From positions 1-64,000 of the forward strand of contig CAVZDU010000010.1 of NCBI GenBank assembly GCA_963774265.1: a stretch of 64,000 nucleotides of DNA, read 5' to 3'. Of the stretch, positions 30,570 through 41,606 are shown piece after piece. This stretch comes from an uncultured Chloroflexia bacterium (GTDB lineage Bacteria > Chloroflexota > Anaerolineae > CG2-30-64-16). The notes beneath the pieces were generated by a model, which was not told where the DNA came from, did no database searches, and was given only the letters and a program-made list of their open reading frames with translations. How positions within the stretch are numbered: the stretch's first letter is position 1; the number at the start of each line of letters is the position of its first letter. Both the position numbers and the translations under genes were made by a program.

Positions 30570-31283
30570 TCACGAGTCTACGCGTAGCCGATAACCCACG
30601 CCCGGCTCAGTTAAGATATAGCTCGGCCTTGCGGCATCCTGCTCGAGCTTGTGGCGTAGGTTACTCATATTGACGCGCAGCAGGTGTGTCTCGGTCTCAT
30701 AACCCGTGCCCCACACCTGACGCAGCAGGTGTGGATGCGTCAGGACCTTCCCGGCGTGCGTGACCAGCGCTCGTAAAAGTTCGTATTCAGTCGGCGTCAA
30801 CTGCACCTCGCGATCCCCAACGGTAACCAGCCTCCGGCTCTGGTCGACAGTCAATTGCCCGGAAGTGAACACAGGCTCGCCTGCCGGAGAGGCCGCACGA
30901 CGCATCGACGCACGCATGCGCGCCAGCAGCTCGCCCATACCGAACGGCTTGGTGACATAGTCGTCAGCCCCAGCATCCAGTGCATCGATTTTGGCCTTCT
31001 CCTGCTCCTGCACCGTCACGATAATGATAGGTATCTGCGTCCACTCGCGCAGCCGCCTGGTAACCTCGATCCCGTCAACATCAGGTAGGCCCAGGTCGAG
31101 GATCACCAGGTCAGGTCGGTGAGCTGCGACGGCTGAAATGGCCTCGCGACCGTCGACCGCGTCGAAAACGCTGTAACCATGGGCGGACAGGGAGGTGTGC
31201 AGGAAGCGGCGAATCGTCGGCTCATCGTCTATTACTAGAACGCGCAGTCCAGTTTCCACAGGACTGCTTTGCTTGTCGGTCAT
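30570..31283 (-). CDS. kdpE: Response regulator KdpE
   Basis: Receiver domain LDLGLPD..G, ADDYVTKPF and an OmpR-type wHTH (TEPGVGYR). Follows kdpD. Confidence 0.95.
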   Translation of the reverse strand: MTDKQSSPVETGLRVLVIDDEPTIRRFLHTSLSAHGYSVFDAVDGREAISAVAAHRPDLVILDLGLPDVDGIEVTRRLREWTQIPIIIVTVQEQEKAKIDALDAGADDYVTKPFGMGELLARMRASMRRAASPAGEPVFTSGQLTVDQSRRLVTVGDREVQLTPTEYELLRALVTHAGKVLTHPHLLRQVWGTGYETETHLLRVNMSNLRHKLEQDAARPSYILTEPGVGYRLRVDS

Positions 31284-33964
31284 GATGTCTCACTCCCCGG
31301 CTCTGCAGCCGTGCTTCCGCTGGGCAACGCCACGGTGACGATCGTTCCGCCACCCGGCCGATTCTGCGCCCAGATCCGGCCGCGGTGCGCCTCGACGATA
31401 CCCTTGCAGATGGCCAATCCCAGCCCGGTGCCACTGGCGCCGGCAGGCCGCTGCACGCGATAGAATTTGTCAAAAATCCGTTCCAGATCTACCGATGGCA
31501 CACCCTCGCCGCGATCCACGACGACGATTTCCAACGTGCGATCGACAAGGCGTGCTTCCACACCAATCGGCGTGCCCGGCGCAGAATACTTGAGTGCGTT
31601 GTCCAACAGATTGACAAGCACCTGCACCATCAACACGAAGTCCATCGGCACCAATACTGACGGCGACTCAACCGCTACCGGCCGGCCCTCCAATCTTGGC
31701 CCCAGCCGGTCCAGCGCGGCGCTAATGACTTCCTGGACATCGCAGGGCTCTTCGGTTGCTCTTAGCGCACCGGCCTCGATGCGGGTCATATCCAGCAAGT
31801 TCCCGACCAGGCGGTTCAGCCGCTCCGCTTCTTCCCGCGCCATCGTGATCAGGCTGCGCTGGGCCGGCTCCTCGAGACACACGCCGTCCTCTTCCAGGCT
31901 TGAAAGGGTGCCGGTAATCGAGACGAGCGGGGTGCGCAGATCGTGAGAGATCGAGTTGAGCAACGCCCGTTGGAGCGCCTCGGCGGCGCGCGCGAGCTGA
32001 GCCTGCCGCGCCTGGTCAGCCAATTCCGCGTGCTCAATCGCCAGCGCGGCCTGGCTTGCAAACGCATCCAGAAGTCGACGCTGCTCAGGAGCCAGGTATG
32101 AGCTGGGGTCAATCGGTCTGACCCCAAGGACTCCAATCACCCCTCGTGCGGTTTTGAGCGGCATGTAGCGCACTACAGCGGCAGGGAGGGTGTCAGTCCC
32201 GCGGCCTGCGGGCTGACCTTGCTTGAAGGCCCAGGTGGCAACGGCGAGTTCGTTCTCATCGAGCACGAAGTCCGCGCTCAGCGCTCGTGGCCGCAAGGTA
32301 TCGCCCACCGGCAGCAGCACGACGGCCTCGCGACCAAAGGTCTCACCAACGTGACGAACGATCACTTGCAGGATGTCGTCCCGTCCGCTGGCCACGGCCA
32401 GATCGCGGCTAAGCTCGTAAAGCGCGACGGCCTGCACCTCGCGCCGGCGTGCAGCTTCGGCCTGCTGGCGTGACCTGCCAGCCAGGGAACTGATCACGAG
32501 GCTTACGACGAACAGCCCGATGAAAGTGAAGATGTACTCGGTATCGGCAACGGTAAAGGTGAGCCGAGGCTCGACCAAGAAGAAATCGAATGCTAACACG
32601 CCCAGCGCTGAGGCAAGGACGGCGGGCCCGAAGCCCAGGTAAACCGCAGCGGCAACCACCGCGGCCAGGTAGAGCATGACGAGGTTGGTTGGCGAGATGA
32701 CGCGGTGGAGGGGCGCGCTGATCGCAGTGGTCACAGCCACGAGAGCCAGGCTCCACGCGTAGCGACGCCAGGGGCGCTGCGGCCGCCACCGCGAAGGCGC
32801 GGCCGAGGGTGCGCTCTCGGCATCGCCGCTGATGACGTAGACGTCGATTTTGCCGCTGTGCTGGATCAAGCGATCCACAACAGAGCCACGCCACAGCTCG
32901 AGCCAGCGGGGGCGCAGCGGCTTCCCCGCGATGATCTTGGTGACGTTGTGCTTGTGAGCGTAGTCGAGGATAGTGTCCGCGACGTTCTGGCCCGGCAGCG
33001 TCACGACTTTGGCGCCCAACTCTTCGGCCAGTTGGAGGATACGCGCCACGCGGTCGCGGCCGGCTTGCGATAGACGGGCATCGCCCGGCGTCTCGACGTA
33101 GACGGCAAACCACTCAGTCTTCAGCTCATCGGCCAGGCGGCGAGCCGTACGCACAAGCCGCTCGCTGAACGGGCTGGAACTGATGCACACCAGCAGCCTC
33201 TCGCCCGCGGGCCAGGGCCCAGGGATCGCGCGGGTCTCCATGTAGGTGCGCATCTGCTCGTCCACACGCTCGGCGGCACGGCGCAGCGCCAGCTCCCGGA
33301 GCGCGGTCAGATTACCCATGCGGAAGAACTTCTGAATGGCGCGCGCAGCCTGCTCGGGCACATAGACCTTGCCGTCCTGGAGGCGCTGCAGCAGCTCCGG
33401 CGGCGGCAGATCCACCACCTCGATCTCGCTGGCCTCGTCCAGGACGGTGTCGGGCACCTTCTCGCGCACCGCGACACCGGTGATCTGCGCCACGACGTCG
33501 TTCAGGCTCTCGAGGTGCTGCACGTTCATCGTGGTGTAGACGTCGATGCCGGCTGACAGCAGCTCTTCGACGTCGAGATAGCGCTTGGGGTGACGCGATT
33601 CGGGGGCGTTGCTGTGCGCCAGCTCGTCGACCAGGACAAGCTGTGGATGCCGCGCCAACACGGCATCCACGTCCATTTCAGGCACGACGGTCGTCCTATA
33701 AGGAACACCGCGTCGCGGAATCACCTCCAGTTGGGAGATCAGCGCTTCCGTCTCCACCCGGCCATGGGTTTCGACACAACCAACGATCACATCCACGCCC
33801 TCATCCCGGCGCTGGTGCGCGGCCTCGAGCATCGCGTAGGTCTTGCCCACGCCGGCCGCGTAGCCGAGGAAGATCTTGAGCTTGCCGCGCGCCTGGCGCG
33901 CCTCTTCCGCCTGGACGCGGGTCAGGAGATCGTCGGGATTGGGGCGGCCGCGTTCTTCAGACAC
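31280..33964 (-). CDS. kdpD: Sensor histidine kinase KdpD
   Basis: GKLKIFLGYAAGVGKTYAML, VDELAH, USP domain, 4 TM helices, GAF domain, SHDLRTPL and HATPase. Confidence 0.97.
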   Translation of the reverse strand: MSEERGRPNPDDLLTRVQAEEARQARGKLKIFLGYAAGVGKTYAMLEAAHQRRDEGVDVIVGCVETHGRVETEALISQLEVIPRRGVPYRTTVVPEMDVDAVLARHPQLVLVDELAHSNAPESRHPKRYLDVEELLSAGIDVYTTMNVQHLESLNDVVAQITGVAVREKVPDTVLDEASEIEVVDLPPPELLQRLQDGKVYVPEQAARAIQKFFRMGNLTALRELALRRAAERVDEQMRTYMETRAIPGPWPAGERLLVCISSSPFSERLVRTARRLADELKTEWFAVYVETPGDARLSQAGRDRVARILQLAEELGAKVVTLPGQNVADTILDYAHKHNVTKIIAGKPLRPRWLELWRGSVVDRLIQHSGKIDVYVISGDAESAPSAAPSRWRPQRPWRRYAWSLALVAVTTAISAPLHRVISPTNLVMLYLAAVVAAAVYLGFGPAVLASALGVLAFDFFLVEPRLTFTVADTEYIFTFIGLFVVSLVISSLAGRSRQQAEAARRREVQAVALYELSRDLAVASGRDDILQVIVRHVGETFGREAVVLLPVGDTLRPRALSADFVLDENELAVATWAFKQGQPAGRGTDTLPAAVVRYMPLKTARGVIGVLGVRPIDPSSYLAPEQRRLLDAFASQAALAIEHAELADQARQAQLARAAEALQRALLNSISHDLRTPLVSITGTLSSLEEDGVCLEEPAQRSLITMAREEAERLNRLVGNLLDMTRIEAGALRATEEPCDVQEVISAALDRLGPRLEGRPVAVESPSVLVPMDFVLMVQVLVNLLDNALKYSAPGTPIGVEARLVDRTLEIVVVDRGEGVPSVDLERIFDKFYRVQRPAGASGTGLGLAICKGIVEAHRGRIWAQNRPGGGTIVTVALPSGSTAAEPGSETS

Positions 33965-33971
33965 AGAAAGT

Positions 33972-34544
33972 CTATTCTACTCCATCCAGAGCCAGGTTCA
34001 ACTGCAGCACATTGATCCGCGGTTCGCCCAGGAATCCAAACTGGCGTCCTTCGGCGTGCTGCGCCACGAGCTGGCGGATGGCCTCGGCATCGAGGCCACG
34101 CACCTTCGCCACGCGCGACGCCTGGTAGAGCGCTGCTGCGACGCTGATGTGTGGATCGAGACCGCTGCCGGACGCGGTCACCAGGTCGACCGGCACCGGA
34201 GCGTCATTGCCCGGGTCGGCGGCCCGCAGGGCGGTGATGCGCGACCGCACGGCTTCGGTCAGTGCTGGGTTGCTCGGCCCGAGGTTGGAGCCAGACGAAG
34301 CCGCAGCATTATAGGCGACCGGCGCAGTTGCCGACGGACGGCCCCAAAAGTACATGGGATCATTGAATGGCTGGCCAATCAGCGTCGAGCCGATGATCCG
34401 ACCCCTTTGCGTTACGAGGCTGCCGTTCGCCTGAGCCGGGAAAATCGTTTGTGCCAGGCCGGTCACCGCCAGCGGGTAGACCGCACCCGTCAGGAGAGTG
34501 AATAGGGCCAACAGCACAACTGCCGGTCGGATGAGCGTCTTCAT
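33972..34544 (-). CDS. kdpC: K+-transporting ATPase subunit C
   Basis: [30 protein letters not shown] and NVL.LNLALD. Confidence 0.95.
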   Translation of the reverse strand: MKTLIRPAVVLLALFTLLTGAVYPLAVTGLAQTIFPAQANGSLVTQRGRIIGSTLIGQPFNDPMYFWGRPSATAPVAYNAAASSGSNLGPSNPALTEAVRSRITALRAADPGNDAPVPVDLVTASGSGLDPHISVAAALYQASRVAKVRGLDAEAIRQLVAQHAEGRQFGFLGEPRINVLQLNLALDGVE

Positions 34545-34551
34545 TTTTCTA

Positions 34552-34872
34552 TTACTCCTCACAATCCATTCGGCGATGGCGTATGGGTGTCGACCGGCAT
34601 TCATCCTCAAATGCGTCATGGAGGTGCCACACCGTATGCGTCACCTTCACAGGATTGCCAGCATCTGTCGAGCCCGCTTCACCCAGCTCGACCAACAGAG
34701 GGTGTCTGTCAATCCAGGTGAGCGCCAGTGCGCAGACGAAGACCGCAATGCCCGCCAACAGGATGGGATGCCGCAACCGCGTCGTGGCAGTGTCAACGAT
34801 CGCTATCAGCGCAATCATCAATGGTAGGAGTGCATAGAGTCCCAACCATTTGGAGAGTCGTAGCTTACCCAT
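34552..34872 (-). CDS. Small 2-TM membrane protein between kdpB and kdpC
   Basis: About 106-aa ORF that fills the kdpB-kdpC gap, with two hydrophobic helices. Confidence 0.55.
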   Translation of the reverse strand: MGKLRLSKWLGLYALLPLMIALIAIVDTATTRLRHPILLAGIAVFVCALALTWIDRHPLLVELGEAGSTDAGNPVKVTHTVWHLHDAFEDECRSTPIRHRRMDCEE

Positions 34873-34884
34873 GGATACCACCGC

Positions 34885-37002
34885 CTATTCTACTTTCAGG
34901 AGTGCCAGAAGCATGTCGATCAGCTTGATTCCGATGAATGGCGTGATGAGTCCGCCCACGCCGTAAATCAGAAGATTGTCGCGCAGCAGTCGCGGGGCCG
35001 GCACCGGCCGATAGGGCACGCCACGCAACGCCAGCGGGATCAGCGCGACGATAATCAGGGCGTTGAAGATCACCGCCGACAGGATGGCGCTGGTCGGGGA
35101 CGTGAGGCGCATGAAGTTGAGCGCGCCGAGTGCCGGGTACGTCGAAGCGAACGCTGCGGGGATGATGGCGAAGTACTTGGAGACGTCATTGGCGATGCTG
35201 AATGTGGTGAGTGCGCCGCGTGTCATCAGCAACTGCTTGCCAATCTCTACGATCTCAATCAACTTCGTCGGGTTGCTGTCCAGGTCGATCATGTTGGCAG
35301 CCTCGCGGGCCGGCTGCGTGCCGGTATTCATCGCCACCGCGACGTCGGCCTGAGCTAGCGCGGGCGCATCGTTCGTGCCGTCGCCGGTCATGGCGACCAG
35401 TCGTCCTCCCGCCTGGTACTCGCGGATCAACTTCAACTTGGCTTCGGGTGTCGCCTGGGCCAGGAAGTCGTCCACGCCGGCCTCTGCGGCGATCGCGGCT
35501 GCCGTCAGCGGGTTGTCGCCGGTGATCATCACCGTCTTGATGCCGATCCGCCGTAATTGGGCGAAACGTTCCTGCATACCGCCCTTGACGATGTCCTTCA
35601 GATGGATGACACCCAACGCCTCGCCATTGCGGGCCACAACGAGCGGCGTGCCGCCGGTGCGGGCGATCCCATCCACGGCTGCCTTTAGATCGGGCGGAAC
35701 CGGCCGATTGTAGCCCTGGATGTAAGTCAACATTGCGTCGGGCGCGCCCTTGCGGATGCTGGTCCCGTCCAGATCCACCCCACTCATGCGGGTCTGCGCG
35801 GTGAAGGGAATGAAGTGCGCACCCGATGGCGCCTCAGGACCCGCGCCGACGCTCCGCCCGCGCAGGCCGTATTGTTCCTTGGCCAGCACCACGATACTGC
35901 GGCCTTCCGGCGTTTCGTCTGCCAGCGAGGCAAGCTGCGCCGCTTCGGCGAGAGCGCGAGGATCGGTGTGGTTCACCGAGATGAATGCCACCGCCTGCCG
36001 GTTGCCGAGCGTGATCGTGCCCGTCTTGTCCAGCAACAGCACGTCGACGTCGCCCGCTGCTTCCACGGCGCGGCCCGACATGGCAATGACGTTGCGTTGG
36101 ATCATGCGGTCCATCCCGGCGATGCCGATGGCCGAGAGCAGGCCGCCGATGGTGGTCGGGATGAGGCAGACCAGCAGCGCGATCAGGACGGTGATCGTGA
36201 CCGGTGTGCCTTGACCGACGGCGTTGACGCTGTACATCGAATAAGGCAGCAGGGTCGCGCAGACCACCATAAAGATGATAGTGAAACCGGCCAGCAGGAT
36301 GTTCAGGGCGATCTCGTTCGGCGTCTTCTGGCGCTTCGCGCCCTCCACGAGGCTGATCATGCGGTCGAGAAAACCCTCGCCGGGACCAGCGCTGACGCGC
36401 ACCAGGAGCCAATCTGAGAGCAGACGCGTTCCGCCCGTGACGGCGCTGCGGTCGCCGCCGGCCTCTCGAATCACCGGCGCACTCTCACCGGTGACCGCGC
36501 TCTCATCCACCGACGCGATTCCGACGATCACCTCGCCGTCGGCTGGGATCGTGTCGCCGGCCTCGACCAGAATCACGTCTCCACGGCGCAGCGCGGCAGA
36601 GGAGACCATTTCATGTTTGTAGGAGGGACGCTCATGGACGTTCGAGAGCGTCGCGGGGACGGGCTGCGACAGCTTCTTGGCCTGAGTCAGATGTCGTGTG
36701 CGGCGCAGCGCTTCGGCCTGGGCCTTGCCACGCCCCTCGGCCACAGCCTCGGCAAAGTTGGCGAACAGCACGGTGAACCACAGCCAGATCGCGACTGCGC
36801 CGATAAACGACGCGGGCGCCTCGCCGCGACCAAAGAGCGCCTCTATCCAGAGCAGGGTGGTGAGCACGCTGCCCACTTCCACCACAAACATCACGGGGTT
36901 GCGCACCATCCAGCGCGGATTCAGTTTGATAAATGACTCCAGAATGGCGCGTTGATACAGTTCACGCCGCATGGAGGTCTGTTTCCTGAGTTGACTCGTC
37001 AT
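34885..37002 (-). CDS. kdpB: K+-transporting ATPase subunit B
   Basis: P-type motifs [19 protein letters not shown] and [10 protein letters not shown]. Confidence 0.98.
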   Translation of the reverse strand: MTSQLRKQTSMRRELYQRAILESFIKLNPRWMVRNPVMFVVEVGSVLTTLLWIEALFGRGEAPASFIGAVAIWLWFTVLFANFAEAVAEGRGKAQAEALRRTRHLTQAKKLSQPVPATLSNVHERPSYKHEMVSSAALRRGDVILVEAGDTIPADGEVIVGIASVDESAVTGESAPVIREAGGDRSAVTGGTRLLSDWLLVRVSAGPGEGFLDRMISLVEGAKRQKTPNEIALNILLAGFTIIFMVVCATLLPYSMYSVNAVGQGTPVTITVLIALLVCLIPTTIGGLLSAIGIAGMDRMIQRNVIAMSGRAVEAAGDVDVLLLDKTGTITLGNRQAVAFISVNHTDPRALAEAAQLASLADETPEGRSIVVLAKEQYGLRGRSVGAGPEAPSGAHFIPFTAQTRMSGVDLDGTSIRKGAPDAMLTYIQGYNRPVPPDLKAAVDGIARTGGTPLVVARNGEALGVIHLKDIVKGGMQERFAQLRRIGIKTVMITGDNPLTAAAIAAEAGVDDFLAQATPEAKLKLIREYQAGGRLVAMTGDGTNDAPALAQADVAVAMNTGTQPAREAANMIDLDSNPTKLIEIVEIGKQLLMTRGALTTFSIANDVSKYFAIIPAAFASTYPALGALNFMRLTSPTSAILSAVIFNALIIVALIPLALRGVPYRPVPAPRLLRDNLLIYGVGGLITPFIGIKLIDMLLALLKVE

Positions 37003-37018
37003 GGCAATACCTGTCTTG

Positions 37019-38764
37019 CTACCGTCCAAAGACCATGAGATGCTCGACGATCGGACCGAGTCCCAGCGCTGGGATGAAGCTGAGGGCGCCGACGATCACG
37101 ATGACGCCGATCAGCCACGCGACAAAAAGCGGCGTGTGCGTGGGCAGCGTCCCTGCGCCCGTGGGAACCTTCTTCTTGCTCACAAGTGAGCCGGCAATTG
37201 CGAGAGCCGGGATCGCCAACCAATACCGTGAGATCAGCATGACGATGCCGAGCGCCGTGTTGTAGAACGGCGTGTTCGCTCCGAGCCCAGCGAACGCGCT
37301 TCCGTTGTTGCCGGCCGCAGACGAAAAGGCGTAGAGCACTTCGCTGAACCCATGCGCCCCAGGGTTGAAGACCGTGGCGATGCCGCCAGGTGCCAGAACG
37401 GCCACCGCCGTGCCGATTTTCGCCGCGAGGATAGGGATCAACAGGATGAGCGACGCCATCTTCATCTCGTGGGCTTCGATTTTCTTGCCGAGATATTCGG
37501 GCGTGCGCCCGACCATCAACCCGGCGACGAACACCGCGACGATGACGAACGCCAGCATCCCGTACAACCCGGAGCCGACACCGCCGTAGATGATCTCACC
37601 CAGTTGCATGAGCCACATCGGCACAAGGCCGCCCAGGGGCATGAAGGAATCGTGCATGGAGTTGACCGAGCCGTTCGATGCAGCGGTTGTGGCGGTTGCC
37701 CAAAGCGCAGAACTGACAACGCCGAAACGAACCTCTTTGCCTTCCATGTTGCCGCCCGGGTTCGTTGCGCTTTGTGTCTGGTCAACGCCCAATAAAGCAA
37801 ACGCCGGGTTGCCGCTCTGTTCCGCCCAGATAGTCACCGCGACCAGCACGACGAAGATGAGGGTCATGGCCGCCAGGATGGCCCAGCCTTGACGCGTGTC
37901 ACCCACCATCTTGCCGAACGTGTAGCACAGCGCAGCCGGGATCAGCAGGATCGCGAGCAACTCCAGGAAGCCGGACAGAGGCGTGGGATTCTCGAACGGA
38001 TGCGCGGAGTTGACGCTAAAGAAGCCTCCGCCGTTGGTGCCTAACTGCTTGATGGCGATCTGGGAGGCCGCCGGCCCGACGGCCAGTATCTGCTCCGTGA
38101 TCGTCTGTCCGTTGGCATCCACGGCCGGCTGGACCAGCGTCGCGTTCTGAAAGGAGCTGAAAGTCTGCACCACTCCCTGCGAAACGAGCACCAGGGCGAG
38201 CAGGATCGAGAATGGCAGCAGGATGTAGAGGGTCGAACGCGTCAGATCGACCCAGAAATTACCGATCGTCTGCGCCGTGTGGCGGGCAATCCCCCGTGTA
38301 AGGGCGATCAGCACGGCCATGCCCGTCGCCGCCGAGACGAAGTTCTGCACGGTCAGCGCCAGCATCTGCGTGAGATAGCTCATCGTCGTTTCGCCGCCGT
38401 AGCCTTGCCAGTTGGTGTTGGAGGCGAAACTGACGGCCGTATTGAACGACGAATCCGGCGACACTGCAGGCAACCCCTGGGGGTTGAGCGGCAGGATGCC
38501 CTGGAGCCGCTGCAATACATAGACGGCCAGAAGCCCCAGCAGATTGAAAACCAACATTGCGACGGCATAGGTCTTCCAGGTCATCTCGGCATCGGGTTTC
38601 ACCGCGGCGGCGCGATAGAAGATGCGCTCGACGGGCGCCAGCACCGGGTGAAGAAACGTCCACTGACCGCTATACACGCGCGCCATGAAACTGCCCAATG
38701 GCTTAGCGAGCAGCAACAGAACTGCCAGGTAGACAACGGGAACGCCCCAATTCGCAGTGCTCAT
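37019..38764 (-). CDS. kdpA: K+-transporting ATPase subunit A
   Basis: [26 protein letters not shown] and NNGSAFAG. Confidence 0.98.
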   Translation of the reverse strand: MSTANWGVPVVYLAVLLLLAKPLGSFMARVYSGQWTFLHPVLAPVERIFYRAAAVKPDAEMTWKTYAVAMLVFNLLGLLAVYVLQRLQGILPLNPQGLPAVSPDSSFNTAVSFASNTNWQGYGGETTMSYLTQMLALTVQNFVSAATGMAVLIALTRGIARHTAQTIGNFWVDLTRSTLYILLPFSILLALVLVSQGVVQTFSSFQNATLVQPAVDANGQTITEQILAVGPAASQIAIKQLGTNGGGFFSVNSAHPFENPTPLSGFLELLAILLIPAALCYTFGKMVGDTRQGWAILAAMTLIFVVLVAVTIWAEQSGNPAFALLGVDQTQSATNPGGNMEGKEVRFGVVSSALWATATTAASNGSVNSMHDSFMPLGGLVPMWLMQLGEIIYGGVGSGLYGMLAFVIVAVFVAGLMVGRTPEYLGKKIEAHEMKMASLILLIPILAAKIGTAVAVLAPGGIATVFNPGAHGFSEVLYAFSSAAGNNGSAFAGLGANTPFYNTALGIVMLISRYWLAIPALAIAGSLVSKKKVPTGAGTLPTHTPLFVAWLIGVIVIVGALSFIPALGLGPIVEHLMVFGR

Positions 38765-38853
38765 CCGAATTTCTCCGGTTTCAACAGGGCCACGAACAGA
38801 TAGAGCAGTAGCGACAGCGTAATCAGGCCCACAACAACATACATCACGCTCAT
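38761..38853 (-). CDS. kdpF: KdpF peptide (30 aa), not in the ORF track
   Basis: [30 protein letters not shown] carries the YL..ALL.PE.F signature. ATGA overlap with kdpA. Confidence 0.9.
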   Translation of the reverse strand: MSVMYVVVGLITLSLLLYLFVALLKPEKFG

Positions 38854-38948
38854 ACGCCACTCCCACTCAGCCGTTCGCACAAAGAAACGAACCCCCAACT
38901 GGCGACAAAGAAACCCAGCGCCAGGCCTATAAACGCGAGGTCAGCCAT
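38850..38948 (-). CDS. Small hydrophobic peptide (32 aa) upstream of kdpF
   Basis: [32 protein letters not shown], with a GGAGG RBS and an ATGA overlap with kdpF. Confidence 0.75.
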   Translation of the reverse strand: MADLAFIGLALGFFVASWGFVSLCERLSGSGV

Positions 38949-39157
38949 CGAGACGCCTCCATCCGGCCGCGACCATTGACCGTTAAGATGTCTCCACGAT
39001 ACATCTGAAGCGCGTCAATTGGGGGACAAGAAAAGAAAGTGCGATGTCAAGGAGTCGTCATGCCTGCTCAAGGTCATCCCGAGAAGCGGCGCTCACGGCA
39101 GCGACCGCGCCGGGGACCGAGCAATGCACCTTCTCGCCGGCTGAGATGCGAGTTGGA

Positions 39158-39186
39158 TTGCCCGGTGCGTCCAGTTGTGCGATAAT
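39158..39186 (+). promoter_or_regulatory. Putative sigma70 promoter of the amidohydrolase-nadC-nadA unit
   Basis: TTGCCC-17 nt-GATAAT with a TG extension. Confidence 0.4.
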
Positions 39187-39244
39187 CCCGTCGTCTTCCA
39201 GGTAACTATGCCTATCATGAACTCCACGAGGGCAGGAGCGTTTG

Positions 39245-40600
39245 ATGTCAACTCTACTTCTCAAGCACGCGGACTTGCTCGTCACCATGGACGGGGAGCG
39301 CCGACGCCTTGCGGACGGTGGATTGTACGTGCGGGACAACGAAGTCATCCAGGTGGGACCGACGCCCGAATTGCCCGAAACCGCTGACACGGTCATTGAC
39401 GCCCGCGGCATGATTATCCTGCCGGGTCTGATCAACACGCATCACCATCTGTATCAGACCCTGACCCGCTGCATGGCGCAGGACTCGGTTCTGTTCGGCT
39501 GGCTCACGACACTGTACCCGATCTGGGCCAGGCTGACGCCGGAAGCAGTCTACGTTTCGGCCAAAGTCGGCCTGGCTGAACTGCTGCTGTCGGGCTGCAC
39601 CACTTCGAGCGATCATCTCTACGTCTACCCCAACGGCAGCCGGATCGATGACGAGATCCAGGCAGCGGTTGAGTTGGGCATCCGTTTCACGGCGACGCGC
39701 GGGAGCATGAGCCTGGGTCGAGTCGAAGGGTGGCCTGCCGCCGGATAGCTGCGTCGAAGAGGAGGACGCCATCCTGGCCGACAGCCGACGTGCGATCGAG
39801 CAATTCCACCAGCGCGAGAAGTTCGGCATGGTGCATGTGGCCCTGGCGCCGTGTTCACCGTTCAGCGTCACGGGCGACTTGATGGCTGAGAGCGCAGTCC
39901 TGGCCCGCTCCTACGGCGTCAGACTTCACACGCACTTGGCTGAAACGATGGACGAAACCAAGTTTTGCCTCGCGAAGTTCGGTGCAAAGCCAGTGGACTA
40001 CGTGGCATCGTTAGGCTGGACCGGCGAGGATGTCTGGCATGCACATTGTGTGACACTTAACCAGATCCGAAATCGCGTTGTTCGCGCGCACGGGCAGCGG
40101 CGTGGCACACTGCCCGTCATCGAACATGCGGCTGGCCTCCGGCATTGCACCGGTGCGCGCCATGCGCGATGCGGGCGTGCGGGTTGGTTTGGGCGTCGAC
40201 GGCTCGGCGAGCAACGACAGCAGCCACCTGTTGGCCGAAGCCCGGCAGGCGATGTTGCTCCAACGGATGGTCGGACCCAATCCGGGAGCGCTGGGCGCAC
40301 AAGAAGCGCTTGGAGATCGCTACGCTCGGCGGCGCCAGCGTATTGGGCCGGCCGGATATCGGAGCATTGGCGCCCGGCATGGCCGCAGACCTCATCGGCT
40401 ACCGCCTGGAGACGCTCGATTTCACGGGCGCGCTACATGATCCGCTGGCCGCGCTGGTGTTCTGCACGCCGCCGAGGGTCGACCTCAGCGTGGTCAACGG
40501 TCGAGTGCGCGTGAAGGATCAACAGATCGTCGACCTGGATCTTGGCGCGTTGGTGCGGCGGCACAACGCGATCAGCCGGCAGATGCTGCGCAACGAGTAA
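39245..40600 (+). CDS. Metal-dependent amidohydrolase, 8-oxoguanine deaminase/SsnA-like, with about 3 apparent frameshifts
   Basis: [47 protein letters not shown] and [11 protein letters not shown], spread over several frames. Confidence 0.85.
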
Positions 40601-40614
40601 GATAACTGCGATCA

Positions 40615-40650
40615 AAGATTGAAGGACTAAAGATTGAAGATTGAAGATTT
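40615..40650. repeat. Short tandem heptamer repeats (AAGATTG) upstream of nadC
   Basis: aagattg aaggact a aagattg aagattg aagattt. Confidence 0.65.
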
Positions 40651-40679
40651 GACGGCATCCCAGGGCACGGAGTGAACAT

Positions 40680-41534
40680 ATGGTGATTGAACAGGGCGCG
40701 CCAGCGCAGGCGGAGATCGACCGCATCATCCGTGCTGCCCTCGCCGAGGACATTGGGGACGGCGACGTCACCACCGATAACACCATCCCGGAGGACAGCC
40801 GGCTCACTGGCCGCTTCCTGGCCAAGGAGACCGGCGTAGTTGCCGGCGTCGAGGTGGCGCGGCGCACGTTCGCGCTGCTCGATCCGCGCGTCAAGTTGCG
40901 GGTTCTCATTGATGACGGCCAACTCGCTGAACGCGGCCAGATCATCGCCCAAGTGGCCGGCCCTGGCCGCGCCATCCTCTCAGGCGAGCGGGTCGCGCTC
41001 AACTTCATGCAGCGGATGTCGGGCATCGCGACCGCCACGCGGCGTTACGTGGACGCGGTTGCCGGCACACGCGCGGTCATCCTCGATACCCGCAAGACCG
41101 TTCCCGGCCTGCGGTTGTTCGATAAGTGGGCTGTACGATTGGGCGGTGCGGCCAACCACCGCATCGGGCTCTACGACATGGCGCTCATCAAGGACAATCA
41201 CATCGCGGCGGTCGGCTCCATCACCGAGGCGGTGCGCCGCGTGCGCGCTGGCGATCCGAGCGGCCGGCCTATCGAGGTGGAAGTGACGAATCTTGCGCAG
41301 CTTGCCGAGGCGCTCGAACTCCCCATCGACCGCATCCTGCTGGACAACATGACGCCCGCGATGATGGCTGAGGCCGTGCGTATTGCCGGCGGGAGCATCC
41401 CGCTCGAGGCCTCCGGCGGCGTCAACCTGAAGACGGTGCGCACTATTGCCGACACGGGCGTGGACTACATCTCCGTCGGCGCGCTGACCCACTCGGTCGA
41501 TGCGCTCGACATCAGCTTGGATTTGACGAATTGA
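40680..41534 (+). CDS. nadC: Nicotinate-nucleotide pyrophosphorylase (quinolinate phosphoribosyltransferase)
   Basis: ED...GDVTT, ER..LN..QRMSGIAT, DTRKT.PG, HR.GL.D..LIKDNH and EASGG. Confidence 0.97.
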   Translation: MVIEQGAPAQAEIDRIIRAALAEDIGDGDVTTDNTIPEDSRLTGRFLAKETGVVAGVEVARRTFALLDPRVKLRVLIDDGQLAERGQIIAQVAGPGRAILSGERVALNFMQRMSGIATATRRYVDAVAGTRAVILDTRKTVPGLRLFDKWAVRLGGAANHRIGLYDMALIKDNHIAAVGSITEAVRRVRAGDPSGRPIEVEVTNLAQLAEALELPIDRILLDNMTPAMMAEAVRIAGGSIPLEASGGVNLKTVRTIADTGVDYISVGALTHSVDALDISLDLTN

Positions 41535-41592
41535 AGATTGAAGATACCCGTTCCAGGTTCAATCTGGAATCTGCAATCTGTAATCTTCAATC
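41529..41592. repeat. Heptamer repeats in inverted arrangement (AAGATTG.../...CAATCT) between nadC and nadA
   Basis: ttgaagattgaagat...ttcaatctggaatctgcaatctgtaatcttcaat. Confidence 0.6.
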
Positions 41593-41606
41593 ACCCTGGA
41601 GGGGCT

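Noticed and set aside
38950-39244. Possible purine or cobalamin riboswitch upstream of the amidohydrolase (the glyA and panB leaders were also inspected)
   Set aside because: I could not identify the conserved cores by eye. An Rfam/Infernal scan would be needed.
40615-41592. Repeats considered as a CRISPR array
   Set aside because: The units are 7 nt with no unique spacers, and no cas genes are present.
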